From Pecten maximus (Eukaryota): a stretch of 64,000 nucleotides of DNA. The stretch lies in contig NC_047019.1 of NCBI RefSeq assembly GCF_902652985.1, positions 11,780,001 to 11,844,000 of the forward strand, read 5' to 3'. The notes beneath the pieces were generated by a model. It was not told where the DNA came from. It searched no databases and worked only from the letters and a program-made list of their open reading frames with translations. This document shows positions 25,401 through 39,310 of this stretch, one piece after another; position 1 is the stretch's first letter, and each line of letters starts with the position of its first letter. The position numbers and the translations under genes are program-made.

Positions 25401-28400
25401 CAACAGGATGATTACAAGATGCCCAAGTGCCTTAACAGTCATCTGAATTTCATCAAAGTTTGCAATTTTTACAATTTGGCAAGCAGGAAATTTGAGCAAT
25501 AGGTAAAACATTGACACATAAAGACATTGAAATGATGTTACTTCTTGTCTAATAAGCAATCTTGAATAGACCTTTTTTATGGTTTGAAATTTAAGGCCAG
25601 GTTGGTGATGTCTCACTTATAATTAACAGCAAGTCCTCCTATTGGGACTCTGTCCCGAGGGGTCAGACCTGCCTCATGTATTTAAGATATGATTGCCCTC
25701 TGCAATTGATTTCTCACGCTAAATTTGGTAGAAATCCACTCAAAGGTTTAGAAGGAGTAGTATTTTAAAGCAAAATTACTGCAAAGTTCCCATTTTGAGG
25801 CCTTGCCAATCTGGCCCCATGGATCACACCAGCCTCATTTATATAATACATGATAGCCCTTCATCAATGATGCTCCACATCGCACTTGGCTGCAATCCAC
25901 TCAGGAGAAGGAGTGTTTTGAAGCAGAATTTCAGCAAAGTTTCCAGTGGTTAGACCAGCCCCATTTATATAACATATTAATGCCCTTCCCCAATTATGTT
26001 TCCCGTCAATTTCGTTGTAATACACCAAAGGTTTAAGTAGGGGGTGGAGTTTTAAAGCAACATTTCTGGAAAGTTTCGTTTTCCGAGCCCTACCACCCTG
26101 GCCCCATAAGTCACACCAGCCTCATCTATATAAAATATTGGTCCTCATTTATAAAGAATATCATTGCCCTCCTAAACGATAATTCACACCAAAGGAGGTA
26201 ATCCGATTTGGGGTTAAGAAAGAGTTGCGTTTTGAAAAAAAATACCCGGATTACCTTAAAATGTGAATTAGATTTGAATGGTTCTGTTATATATTTACTC
26301 GAATAGATTAATTACAATAATGTGTCTTAAATTAATTTGGATATGAATCATATTTTCAAATTTTGCAATTTTATCAGTTTCCTACTGTAATTCAAAGGAG
26401 ATGTGCTATTTTGTTTCTTTAAAAAATAACTTTAATTTAAATGTTCTTGCATATACATTTCAATTGCGACTGTTATTTGACTTTCGCTTGGTGCAAATAT
26501 TAACTATTTTTAACTTATTTTAATAATCGTACATACACACTTAATTTCAAAACGTTAGTGAGACTGTTTGAAGCCCTTACCGCTGCAGAAACAGCTGTAC
26601 CCTCCAATGTTGTAGAACCTCTCTGCAACAAAGTCGTGACCTTCGGCTTCCCCTCTAGATGAGGATGTGTATTAGGTTTCTGTCTGTTCTCTGACTGTGG
26701 TTTGTTGGTCTGTAAACGTGATTAAAATACCAATAAAATTCGAATGATGCTGTCATACATTTACTCGGATTCATTGTAATAATTGGGATTTCTTTCTCTG
26801 ATTAATTTTGAATCTGATTTTGATTTTTAAATCAAGATTACAGGCAATTTTAATCAGTTTCTTACTCTAGACTTGCTGATTTGGTTTTTTTGTCTCTTGA
26901 AAAATTCAATCTAATGAGAACTGGTCCATCGATCACTAAAGCTCACAATGCAAGTTAGTAAGCTTCAAATCGAGATTTAGAAAAAAAGTCTTCAGTAATC
27001 GTTTCTGATACATCCCCCTATAACTAGAGTATATACCAGTCATCGTATCTTAGTGTGGACACTGTGTGGTCTGTTTGGATACACATAGCCGGTTCAGACC
27101 TCTATATAAAGGCTCATTAGTTGTCTAGCAAGTATAACTACTTCATTATTTGCGCAAAGCGACACATCACATACTACGTCCGTTTTCGATCTCTCAATCA
27201 CCCTCGCGCCCACGTTTTTTTTCGCAATATGCCAATATCAGCATATAGACACGATAATCAAACAGGTATTTGTCAAAAAATGATTGTAATCGATTAAAGA
27301 TAGTCACAGTCTAGATTACATTTCAATATGAAATGATCCACAGCCGAAGCAAAATAATCTGAACAATATTGCAAAGACGACAGAGGCTTCTACCTTGGAT
27401 GTTTTAGTAGTATGGCTTTATAAGCAAGAATGGGTAAAAACAGTAATATTTCAAGTTAAACTGTATATCCATCATAAAACGAATACTTGTCAAATGTGAA
27501 GGTTTGCATGTGTTTTACCAGGTTAACGTAAAAACGATGAAGATCTTAACATTCGTGTGTTATATACCACAAAGGCCAGCAAAGACATATATAACATTTA
27601 ATTTTGAGAGGAATTTGTAGAATAACTGAGAGATAATGACCATATTTACTTCTCTATTACGACCTCCGGTTGTGTGTTGTTATTAACGTGATCGATCTGG
27701 TCACGCGGTGTAGAATACTTATTACCGGATGTGTTTGAGTGCATGTAAGTGTGACAATGTCACGACCTTTTATAGCGGTCGGATCCTGCTTGGAGGCGTT
27801 TAAACTAACACTTTCAGCTTTAAGCTGCGATTGTTGTTTGACACTCGTCTGGTGCAAATGTTTCGTCATTGGTTTTACCATCCATAAAACGGAACACTAT
27901 CAGTCATACATGAATTTATTTCATGCAATATAGACCTAATAAGAAACTATCTTAAAAAACATAACTTCAATAGCTACGGACTAATTCATCCAGATGATTT
28001 TATTCCTTAATAATTACGAGTTGATGATTGCAGCCAACCTATTCATTTGTTTCGTTTTTCTTTTTAAGTTTGCATTCTTATAATATTGATCAAAATCTGC
28101 ATCTATAACAATTAATCAAAATCGTATCGGAAATTCAATTCAAACAACAAAAATAATTGGCCTTAAATATGTGTCTACATGGGAGAGAAAAACAAAACAC
28201 AATAACTTGAAAGTAAGTGACCCTCGGCGACGTGGTCGATTTCGGCTGCCAAACTGGATGTGGAATAAAGATCTGTCCGTTCTCAGACTGTATTGTATTG
28301 GCCTTTAATCCAAATGAAACTAACATTTCAATTTGTGTGGATATGTTAAACATGTATCCGGGAAGAAAAATAGCGGTTTGAATATTTTTTAAATATTTGA

Positions 28401-31400
28401 AACGATACTTTAATTACCAGACAATGTCAACTGTTTCTAACTGTAAAAAATGACATTGCCGTTGGAAAATAATTTTGACTGGAGTATATTTTTTTTACTT
28501 TAGATAACTGATCGATGAAATTTGCATTTTGCAATTGTCGTTTGGCATTCACCATGCGCCCTGGTCTTTTCACCTTCTTTTCCATCTTTAAAAAAGAACA
28601 AAATTATATAAGAAACATATATAGTGCTGTTTTAAAGATCGCCTTAATCAACCATAAACTGATTTTAAAAAATCGGAAAACAAAGCTCGTCTAAAAAGCA
28701 TTTGTCCTTTTTTGGCACAGATTCGTTTGGCTTATTTGAATGTGACAATTAATTCATATTGCTTTTCTTCATATTGATTTAACAATTTGATAGATCATAT
28801 TAAAACCCTTCAAAGTCTTACTTATCAGGATACGTAGCAATAACAATACAAACTGGATACGTGAATAAAACTTAATGGGTTTTTTTTCAATAAAAGAAAA
28901 CAAAACTATACACGTTATTCGAAAATTACAAATTATTATGCAAATTAGGTTATAGCTTTCATTTCATAATATATTTAACTGACATGTCTCCTAGGCTCTA
29001 AAACACTAAACTGGTCAATAATTTTGCTTTGTTGCCCTGATAATATATTGTGATTTTTCCATCCCCTTTCTCTCCCTTTTTTGTCTATTTATCTTTCTAT
29101 TTATGTATGTCAATACTGTCTGTATGTCTGTGTCTCTGTTTAGTCTGTCTGTGTCTTTCGGTCTAAGTAGGTTGGTGTTAGTCTATGTATCTGTTTGTCT
29201 GTATATGTCTGTCAGTCTTCCTGTATATGTCTGTGTCTCTGTTTAGTCTGTCTGTGTCTTTTTGTCTAAGTAGGTTGGTGTTGTTAGTCTATGTATCTGT
29301 CTGTCTGTGTGTATGTCTGTCAGTCTTTCTGTATATGTCTGTGTCTCTGTTTAGTCTGTCTGTATCTTTCTGTCTAAGTAGGTTGGTGTTGGTTTATGTA
29401 TCTGTCTGTCTGTGTGTATGTCTGTCTGTTTGTCTTTACATGGATGAATAGCAGGATAATAGAAACAGAATGTGTGTTTAATATGCATTTTCTTATATAT
29501 GCATGTATACAATAATATATACAACATGTGTAGTATGTGTGCACTTGTATGGGTATATTTGAGTTGTAGTAGGTGCGGTATGTGGATATGTTTTCATGTA
29601 AGTGCTGTGTGTACATGCCAATGGATGGATATCAAAATAGTACATGTATGTGTAGTAAAGCATGTGTGCTCATTGTCATATGCAATAGTTAGTATATGAC
29701 TATATGTAGTACGTATGAACATGTATATGTGTATAGTATTGTGTACATGTATGTATATGTACTAGAACATTCATGTGTGTGGGAAGGTGTTTGCGTGGGG
29801 TGTGTCATTCTCATTCATCAGAGTTACTTCCCTTCGTTTCATATGTCACTCGGTCAGTACGTAGCTTGCGTAGCTTAGCAGACTCTGGGGGGCGAGAATG
29901 GGGGTGTGTGGGTGTGTATGTACATGTGTGTGTGTGTAAGCTTGTGCGTAGTAAATTATAATAGAAATACACATCAGTGCTGAAAGGTGTGAATGACCAT
30001 AAAATGTAGATGTCTTGTGTTTGTTGATAATATATGTTTAACTGAATAAAATATAAATTACAAAAAAAAAAAAATTGCAAATTATATTTTTGAATAGCAG
30101 GAAAAACTTACTGACACAGATGAATTGTTCGATGAATGAAACATTTTTGAGATTCCCTGCTGCTGCGAGCTGGTCGGATCGTTTGGAGGATGTGGAATAC
30201 GGATACCGTCTTCATTGAATCGTCGATTTCCTATCTTTAAATCACATTGTAATGCAATTTCAATATTAGTTTGTTTATTGTTGTTGTTTTGTTTTTGGTT
30301 TTTTTGTTTGTTTGTTTTTTTTTGTTTTTTTTTTCTTTCGAGATACCAAGAAACGTTACGATTGTTTCGAGTGGTTTATTGGTTTAAAAGTAAAGAGTAT
30401 ATTATAATCGATCATATTAAGCATTAAGCAGGGCTATGACCATGTACATGTACGAATATTTTTAATAATGGTTGTCAAATAAACATTGATTACCGTTAAA
30501 CTAAAATGTATAGACATGCTTGTCTCTTACTTTAGGGGAAGTATCTTTCACATTTTCCTTCGCATTCCAATATTTAACGTGTTCATTTCAAACGATCTTG
30601 AGATAACTTATGCAGATCAGAGTCGGACCGACTCGACTTTTATTTATATTTACAGGAACACAATAATTCAAAGGTTTTAATGAGTACTTACAACCAATAC
30701 ATCATTAGGAACAGATGAACCACTCGATGGATAAGTTGTCCGTGAGTTTCTCCGCGTAGACCTAATCGGGCTCTTTGGCAGCCCCATTGGAGGATGTGGA
30801 CTGTAGTTGTTCCCCTGTATTTTGCTGGGCTTTTAAACATATTGAAATGAATGTGGCATATATTTCACTCTATTATATCAGGATTCACTATAAAAGTTTT
30901 AATTTTGCTATATAAAAATAAAAATAATAATAGCCATAACTGTCAGTCCTGTTGGTCCAGTCCATCATATTTGGCAAGTTTAAAACAGATCCAAGAATAA
31001 ATAGATAGCAATATATTCTGCTAAAATACTACCATTGTAATTTTCCTTTGGAATTCAATGATATTTTCTGCTGAGTGATGACAGGTTCAGATAAGACTGT
31101 TCTCGTTTGATACTCACTAGACGCTGACGTCTTTGCAATGTCCTCCCCGTCTGTGAAGAATGTACGAGGTAGGTTTTTAAACATAAATATTATTGTTTTA
31201 AATATCGCAGCAATCAACTATTAAACGATTGGTAAATCGGAGAATAGAACAATCTCAAAATCAATGGCGCTTGTCTTGAATTTTAAAAAAATCAGTAAAT
31301 AAAAAACATCGACATTTCTTTTATCTCCACCGACACGACTTACTAGATTTTTAATGTTACAGCTTATCTTAATGTTACATATACAACCCCCTGTGTTATA

Positions 31401-34400
31401 TTAAAGTTGAAGATAACACATTGTATATAACGTAAATATCATTGACATATTATAGACATGACTTTCATTACTAATGAGCACAGACCAAATGGACAATCCA
31501 TATAATTTTAAGACTGGCCATACTCGACACTGTGGCCTGCGTGTTGTGAAAAAAATCAGCCAAATAAACGTACCACTGTGTTTGGTAGTGATGGAGAACG
31601 TCGTGGTACATACTGGAACTTATCACCTTTGTCAATGTTTTGTCGATATCCCTGGCTCTGACAAAGGGCAAGTGTGGGTTAGAAGCGTCAATATAATTTT
31701 TTTAATTCTGAAAAATCTAGAATCCAGTTAATTAATCATGAGCATTTTTTTTTTTTTTTTTTGCATTCGAACTTGAAAAAAATAATCTTTCAAAATAACA
31801 TTGTCCCACATGATATTGATCGTGTAGTAATAATGACAGTACAGACAAGTAAATTGTCGAATATTCGAGGTAATCCATCCCTTTTTCGAGACATTAGTAA
31901 ACTAGTAAACTACAAACAGACATAGAACATTAAACTGTTACATAGTAGTAGTTCAGTAGATAACAACGTACAATATCGTTTCTAGTGTGCCCCCTAGGGG
32001 GAAAAGGCATTGTAAAAATGATGCAAAAGGGGCAAAATGGGAGAAAAAAACATAAAATGACACACATGTTTTACATCTGGTATTATAAAAGGAAAGTTAT
32101 AAAGATACAAATACTTGGTACATGATATATAATTTTGTATATTGTATTGTATAAAATATAACATAGTAATTTAGGGGTGAAGTGAATGTTATATTAAAGT
32201 AATATTCAGTTATCTCCTTAAACTTATGATTTATTCAAGGAATACAATGATGCAGCAAATATATATATAGAGATTTGCCTGTATGTATGCAATATTTATT
32301 GTCGAATAACTGCCTGAATAGAATTGAAATATCAATTATAAGTAAATTATGAATTTCCATACATTTCTATTGAGAATCTTATTACATGTATGATAAACAT
32401 TGTATTTTTTAAACAAATAGAATTGTTCAATGTCTTAATATCTTAAGACCTTTGATTTTCAAGACGGATTTTGCAAATATGAGGAAGTAAAGTTAGTAAC
32501 CCCCACCCCATCCAAGTCCGTAAAATCACGTGTAATGAGTTTCTGCTATTACCGTCAATAAAGACAAAAAAATGAAAATGCTTGATAAAAAAATCCATTC
32601 AAATTAAAGAACATGATATTTATTTATGATGTTAACATTATCAGTTCCTTTCAGAACTGATGTAACAGGCTAATTGATAAACATGTGGGAAACACTACGT
32701 TACGTTTGTGTTAATGATCCCATCATAATGAACACCTTATGTGGTGAACATATGGATATAAATAAATCGCCTAATAAAAGGTTTAAAAAGTAAAGGCACA
32801 TGTTAAACCAATGTGATGACAGCGCGTGTTATGATAGCAAACGTTTTTGTTTATCTCCGCAGGTGGCTAATTTCGTCCTATAAGACACTACCTAAGAGTA
32901 ACAACAAACATATCAGATTCTTACCCTATCATATGGAAGTTCCTTTTCCTGATTGGCGACCAAGGGCAATTGAAATTTTGCCTGTTGTCGCAGGTTTGAG
33001 CTGCTGTTATATTCGCTTATTGATTGTCTTCCCTGTTACATTAGAAGAGAAAAGGTCTGATATTTTTACGTTTTTTTTTTCATGACAAACATGTTAAAAG
33101 GGAGGGGAGGCTTACCATTGCCTTGTATAATTGTGTCAAATGATATATCAAATGTAAAATATGTTTATCATTCTGGAAGTTTTTCTTGTGAATGATAAAT
33201 ACATAGATTCTGTTATGCATTTGGTAGTTATCATTTTATATTTTGCAACGTTGATTTTAGTTTTGTATTTAAAATCTTTCGATAACATCGGTCAATTAAA
33301 TATTTCAGTAAACATGATCAAATTATCTCGAATAAACAAATGTGCCCCAAATCCTGTAATTCTGAAGACAAAAGAAGAATTTTACGAAATGTTATCTTTA
33401 CCCTACTGAGCCATGTCTTTCCGGCCGCAGAGAGGTCACACTCCTCATTGATACAGCATTGAACCTCCTTTAGACAATTATGCTTCAGACCAGATTTATT
33501 CAAAACTATTCATTCGTTTAGGACTTGTAATGATTTAGAGGAGTCACTCCTATTTACCCTATTAGGCACCGCCTCTCCGAACCCAGGGAAGCCACATAGA
33601 TTTCCTTCACCAAATAAGGTTCCTGGCCAAATTTGATCAAAATACATTCTGTGGTTAAGCGATTTAAAGGATTTGACCTATTTTTCGTATTCTGACCAAG
33701 TGAGCTAAAATAATATCTGTAATACATTTGAAATACTCATAAACAGCCTAAACTCATAGCATGCTTAATATCCCTCATTTGTAGGAATTATTTTTGTATC
33801 TATTTAAAACTTCTGTTATCCAGTCATTACATATCTATAAAGTGAGCATGGAATGCGAATTGTTGCCAGCGCGTAGTAAGTGCAAGATTTAATGGCTTGT
33901 GGTTGATTAGTTCTAGATCATATAAAATTTGTTGAATAAGTATTAAAATAAGTAAAATAAGCAAACAAACCTCCATTCGCTTATTCTGTGATTCTTTTCG
34001 TTTTTGCAATCCAGTGGGCGTTGTATTGCTGCGTGTTGAGGGAGTAGAAGCAGCAATAATCTGTGTTGTTGCTGGAGTCTGTAAAAGGGAATGTAATTGA
34101 GTTTGGAATATGCGTATATAAAGTACTCGTTTAGGACTTAATTGTTGTCGATTTGGCTTGACATTAGTGCTACGTTAGATGATTACAAACATCCATCACT
34201 TTGTACCACTATTCAAAGGTTTTTTGTTATTATTTTACCGAATTTAATAGGGAAATACACATGTTGCCTTAATTTTACATTCTCTTTGCAGTGAGTTAAA
34301 ATAAATGAAGCTTTGCATTTCATAGACCTGTGTATAAGCGAATGTAATAAATTAATGTAGTATAAGACTAGCTTAGTGTAACTAATTTAAGGTGTAGCAT

Positions 34401-37400
34401 TTCGAACTATTTATTTTACCTGATTCCTGATTATGTGACAATGCGGATATATCTGAACAGATGAAACATCAACTTCAGCTATCATGTTTTGCTTTTGTTC
34501 AAAACAAATCAAATAGGGATACTGTTGTTTATTGATAGGACCAAATAAGACTAAAACTTAACACTTAATAACTTAAGACACACTATCTATTAATCACTTA
34601 ATTGACTGTTTAGGTATTCTTTTAATCGTTAATCACCATTTGATTCTCTTCTATATCCATCTCCTCTGGCTCATCTTGGTTAAGTTCGAAATAAGCTTTA
34701 TTATCCGTCTTCACGTCGGTTTTCTGTAAAATGTTTAATTTACCTCATAAGACAAAATTTCCTGTATCTTATATTATTGCTAATATCACATGAATGAATC
34801 AATTTGATTGACTAATAGCTCTAACCTCATGACTTACAACATTTTATTAAGGTGAAGGACGGACAAAAGCTCAAAAACTAAAATTGTTCGAGTGAAAATC
34901 TACATAAGTTAGGAAAAAATATCATCGTTAAAGTCACAGAGGTAGAGCAGAAAATGCAATTGGTAGAAATTAGTATATAGTAACATAACACATCTACACT
35001 CATGTTACACATATACGTTTACATTCCACATATACGTTTACATTACATATATACATATACATTACACATATATGGTGACATTATACATTAATAATTTCAT
35101 TACACATATACGGTTACATTACATATGTACAGTTACATTACACATACATCGGATGGAAATCTAAGTAAAATAGGACAATGTATTATCGTTATAAAGTCAC
35201 CGCGATAGTGCAGCCAATGCAATTGATAGAATTTAGTATATAGTAACATTACACATCTACACTTATTTTACACATATACGCTTACATTACACATATAGTT
35301 GAAATACACATATACAGATACATTATACATACACGGTTACATTACACGTATACAGTTGCTTTATACAGATATCGTTACATTACACATATACGGTTAGATA
35401 CACATACATAGTTAAGTTACACATACATAGTTACATTACACGTATACAGTTGTTTTATACAGATATGGTTACATTACACATATATAGTTACATTACACAT
35501 ATATGGTTACATTACACATATATAGTTACATTACACGTATGTAGCTACTTTACACGTATGTAGCTACTTTACACGTATACAATTTTAGTACACATGTACA
35601 GTTATATGACACATATATAATTACATTTCAAATACATAGTTACATTACAAATACCGTAAATAATTACATTACACCTATACCGTTGCATTACGTATACGGT
35701 TACATTACACTGTACAGTTATATTACATATATATAGTTACAGGAAAGCTCAAGAAAATATTCGGAATAAACAACTATTTTGTCGAAATATATGTAAGTAT
35801 GCCCTGTAGTATGATTTTTTTCACTTGACGCTAAAATGAACTAGCATATTAAAACGTTTACCGTGCAGATTTTTAGGGGACATCTTTCTTCGTAAAATCT
35901 GCCCTTCAGCATGTGTCGTAGCTGTATACATACTCGTGCAATGGGTTGGCTTTTCAGTTCTTTTTTCCATACAGATAATATCAATAATGAATCTTTTTCT
36001 TTACATTGTATCTACAATGAAATGATTTAAACTTTCAAAAATCGCTCAGTACATCTGGTAGTGGATACAAATATTACATGATTAACTGTAGCTTTGATAC
36101 ATAAAGTTTATTTAAATGCAATACTTCTTTCATGCAAGAATAACCCGTTTTTATATAATAATTTTCATTGTTTATTGAAAACTTCGCATTTGGTTTGTTT
36201 TATCGACTTCAAGAAAGCTGCGCTTCGTGTCGAGTTTGAATTTTAAAAGGACATAGAAAAAACATGTTTGCCAGATTAATTGTATTGTAGATTTGTTTAC
36301 ATAAACAGCGTTCCTTACGTAAGATGTGCTTAAATGAATGACCGATTCATTATAATCTAATGATTATTACTAAAGTTTGGTAACTTCTTAGTCTGAAGCC
36401 AGATAGTCAATTTGTTTTGGTCGAAATCTAATCCAATTAAAAGTCATTTTTGAAAAAGGAATAGTTGATATTATCACATGGTATTACCACTATATTAATG
36501 CATTAAACACAAACAGGATGTATTCACACGAAATTCCTGTTTTGATTGCTGGATATTGTATGCAAATCCGGTTTACCACAGGTACTTGATAAACATTCTC
36601 GACTCATTAGTATGTATATATGTCTTCTAAGTGTCTTATAATACATATATACGGACAGTGGGATTTAAAATTCAGAGGAAGTTTCTGTACAAGCTTCGAC
36701 TATCCCTTTCGGCATGTTTTCAGTTCAGGTATTGGAAATGAAATAGCTGCATATGGAAGTTAACTTACTTTGAGAGGTTTTCTAAATTTACGTTCTCCAT
36801 ATAAAACCTTATATACCACTTCAGTTTTTTTCTTTTTCTTGCGATATTTTCCTTCTGTCAATACGTACAATTTAACGTACCTGCAATGAAAACGGATACG
36901 GTATTGTCCATAACAATGTAATATCCAAAATACAGAAGTTCTTTGTTTGTTTCAGTTCATATTACATTTGATGATACACGTTTTGAATTTTTCATTTTTT
37001 TTTCTCAAAAAAAAAAAACGATATTTCAAAACGAGTGTATCATAGATCTAATATGAAGCAAAACTCACGATAGACCCTATTTATCATATGACTACCGATT
37101 TATCCGGTTTTGCATTTTCCCTCCGCTGCTCGATCAACTTATTTTTTTTTTTTTGTATCATTGTTAAAAAATTTTTAAAATCTGTCAAGTGCACTTGTAC
37201 AAAAAAAAAACAATGCTCATTTTGAACATATGAATCTTTCATAAAAAAACAGGTTATCTAAAAGCAAAGAAATAAAAGAAATGTTTTACGAAACACTCAA
37301 GCGGTGTCACAGACTAGCACTTGGTGCGAAAAACATTTATCCTATGGGACCATCAAACAGCATTTCTTAACACTGTTCCATTTACGTTTAACGTGGAAGG

Positions 37401-39310
37401 TACACCCAAAGAGGTTTTCATCAACAATGTGTTGGAAATACCGTGAAGGCGAGAGTTGGACCGAATTGTTAGCACAGTCGTTTTTCACGTTTTTTGTAGA
37501 CGAAAGCGTCAGCTGATTTTTTCAGGGTCACATTCGTGCTGGAAAAATCCAAATATTTAATTCGGAGAAATGTTTGGCATTTCAGCATTTGAAAGAAAGT
37601 GTGTCACAAGTGTAGGAGTTCTCGGAACCTTCAATCACAACACAGAAAAATAACATTACACGCGTACAACAAAGGGAGAAACTTAAAAAGTTTCATTAAA
37701 TGCCACACATGGTAGTATAATCTAATATCAAAGATTAAATTAACAGTTATGTACATGTGTTACTTGATATAATTGTACTAGCATTTCCATCCACCTTAAA
37801 TGTGATATAACAGATATCAGTGAATTACAAATCTTACGTTCCAGATTTAGGGAAGACTGAAGCACGCCAACTGATGTTTTCCACTGTCACCAAGCCATTT
37901 AAATTATAATCAATGGTGCATTGTAGTGTGTTGAAGTCCTGATAAACAAAATATGGAAATATTCAAATAGTACATCACGGAATTATGTACGATTTATTGC
38001 AACGTGTCACATTCATGTCCCAACATATTTACCAAACGAATCCACAAGTGTGCATTATTGAATGATCACATGTTAATTGTGACACTTTTGTACAAATTCA
38101 GCCGTCATTTTACATCATTTTTTGTTTTGTTTTTGTTTTCAGAAGTTTACACATATTTAATGGTTAAGAACGCTTTTCGAAATAGCTGCTTAATGAAATT
38201 CAACATTCAAAGTATTAAAATTTTGTATTTCCGTTCTTTCTCTTAAAAAATCTGTCACTATACGCAATAGTGAAAAATAGTCTCACAATGATTATCTACA
38301 AGCTCCACAATCGAAAGGTTGATCATAAAAGTATTATAACTGAGTTAACTACGTTGATGATACGCCTTTACCTTCAGATGATCAGTTGTTGATTTTATGC
38401 CAAGAGGTCTCTCTTCTGCCCAGGTAATGGGCCTCGTCGTTGAATGTCTTCCTGTATGATTTAATGATAAGAAATTAAAGGAATTTCAGTTAAAGTTTAA
38501 TCATTCATAACATGACTTAGGGTAGTTATTTAGTAAGTTTATTTGCTCTTACATCACAATGTTTAACGTAAAACTCAAATTAATACAATTACGTCGAAAT
38601 ATTAATCTTATTTAGTGTACGTATTGGAGATTATACTGATGGTCAATAAATTTTGTCTCATGTACTAAATAAACGGTGGGAAATTTAGTTTAACAAAATT
38701 AGACTAAATCTCCAACTTAGCTCGAAACTTGACACTGAACTGTTAGAATACAATAATTACAACACTGAATCAAATCTCAGAGTACCAGATCGGTGCCGTT
38801 TATAATTAATATATCTCAACTAAGATTTACAATCTTAAAAACTATATTTATGATAAACACATGAAATTAAACTTACGAATCGATTTCCAACAAATAATTA
38901 ATTAATGATTGATTAGAGTACATACAGTATCTATTTATGCATGTTAGCTGGCATCATTATTTTCTCGTTTTTATGAAGATTTTTCACGATATTTACACTG
39001 TCTTTATTTATTATTCAATCTGAAATTTTGCTGCCATATAATGTCATTTTAACAATTGGGCGTTAACATTTTCACAAATATATTAAGAACATAACTTAAT
39101 TCTTGTGGGATGGTGTTGGATGATTATACTAGATATAATTTTTTTCTGAATTTTCCTGTAATGAAACCCGGAAATAGTATCATTTATAAGCGTTAAATGA
39201 TTTTTTATGTGAATTTACGCTCCCTCACATTTTAATTTATAGAATATAGATAAGTACATACCTTTTTGCTCAAATGACTCTGGATGTGTTTTACTCTTTC
39301 TTTTGGCCAT
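16427..39310 (-). CDS. Gene 2: C2 domain + low-complexity linker + USP/peptidase C19 deubiquitinase (USP16/45-like catalytic domain), ~1000-1050 aa, ~30 exons
   Basis: USP exons: 22848-22895 (GIPNLGNTCYANSVLQ), 22325-22366, 22078-22193, 21441-21523 (QDDSHAFF), 20352-20419, 20018-20077, 17472-17562 (CRMC), 17245-17321 (AKKQLVFTKLPKILVLQMGRF), 16922-17002, 16427-16675 (YDLYGVVNHHGSINGGHY...WYRCSDTHV...AYLLFY). N-terminal exons: 39262-39310 (MAKRKSK), 38372-38451, 37838-37938, 36769-36880, 35862-36011. Linker exons, less certain: 34637-34723, 34420-34452, 33971-34078, 32925-33032, 31574-31657, 31118-31150, 30692-30829, 30112-30234, 28207-28302, 27726-27896, 26581-26709, 25199-25327, 24234-24638, 23836-23884, 23505-23536, 23336-23371. 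Confidence 0.75.
17900..18920 (-). mobile_element. Helentron-associated non-autonomous element (HINE/pearl-like) with internal tandem repeats
   Basis: Minus strand: TTTTTAGGTCACCTGAGACGAAGTCTCAAGTGACC (subTIR/IR), then a GTC/GTCC microsatellite and core repeats of roughly 240-330 bp. It ends CTCAGGTGACCGTT plus the hairpin AGGCCCATGGGCCT, then CTAGTT. Confidence 0.8.
19330..19980. repeat. 27-bp minisatellite, ~24 copies, intronic in gene 2
   Basis: Unit ATGGGTAAATTAGACCAGTATGAAAAC, lying between exons 20018-20077 and 17472-17562. Confidence 0.95.
25620..26250. repeat. Degenerate satellite-like core repeats, probable HINE remnant
   Basis: About 4 copies of ggtcacaccagcctcatttatataa..atgattgccct...aatccactca..aaggagtag..ttttaaagcaaa. 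Confidence 0.55.
29105..29440. repeat. TGTC-rich ~110-bp tandem repeat (3 copies), followed by a TG/TA-rich low-complexity tract to ~29940
   Basis: Repeated block tctgtgtctctgtttagtctgtctgtgtcttt..gtctaagtaggttggtgtt. Confidence 0.8.
34920..35740. repeat. Degenerate ~20-bp minisatellite (GTTACATTACACATATACG) with local segmental duplication
   Basis: The unit recurs throughout. The lead-in tcgttaaagtcac..gcaatt..agaa.ttagtatatagtaacat occurs at ~34925 and ~35185. Confidence 0.8.
35862..37938 (-). other. C2 domain exons of gene 2
   Basis: Three phase-compatible exons give LQCTIDYNLNGLVTVENISW...SGT|YVKLYVLTEGKYRKKKKTEVVYKV...FRKPLK|IQCKEKDSLLILSVWKKELKSQPIARVCIQL...RCPL. This follows the C2 pattern (YVKxY..KKKT; LxxSVW; IxxVxIxL) with a polybasic strand and no Ca-binding aspartates. 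Confidence 0.7.
36950..37060. repeat. Short inverted repeat, probable TE fragment
   Basis: TTCATATTACATTTGATGATACACGTTTTGAA versus TTCAAAACGAGTGTATCATAGATCTAATATGAA, around a T/A loop. Confidence 0.5.

Noticed and set aside
29185-30080. Hydrophobic and Cys/Val-rich ORFs
   Set aside because: They are translations of TG/TC microsatellite-like intronic DNA.
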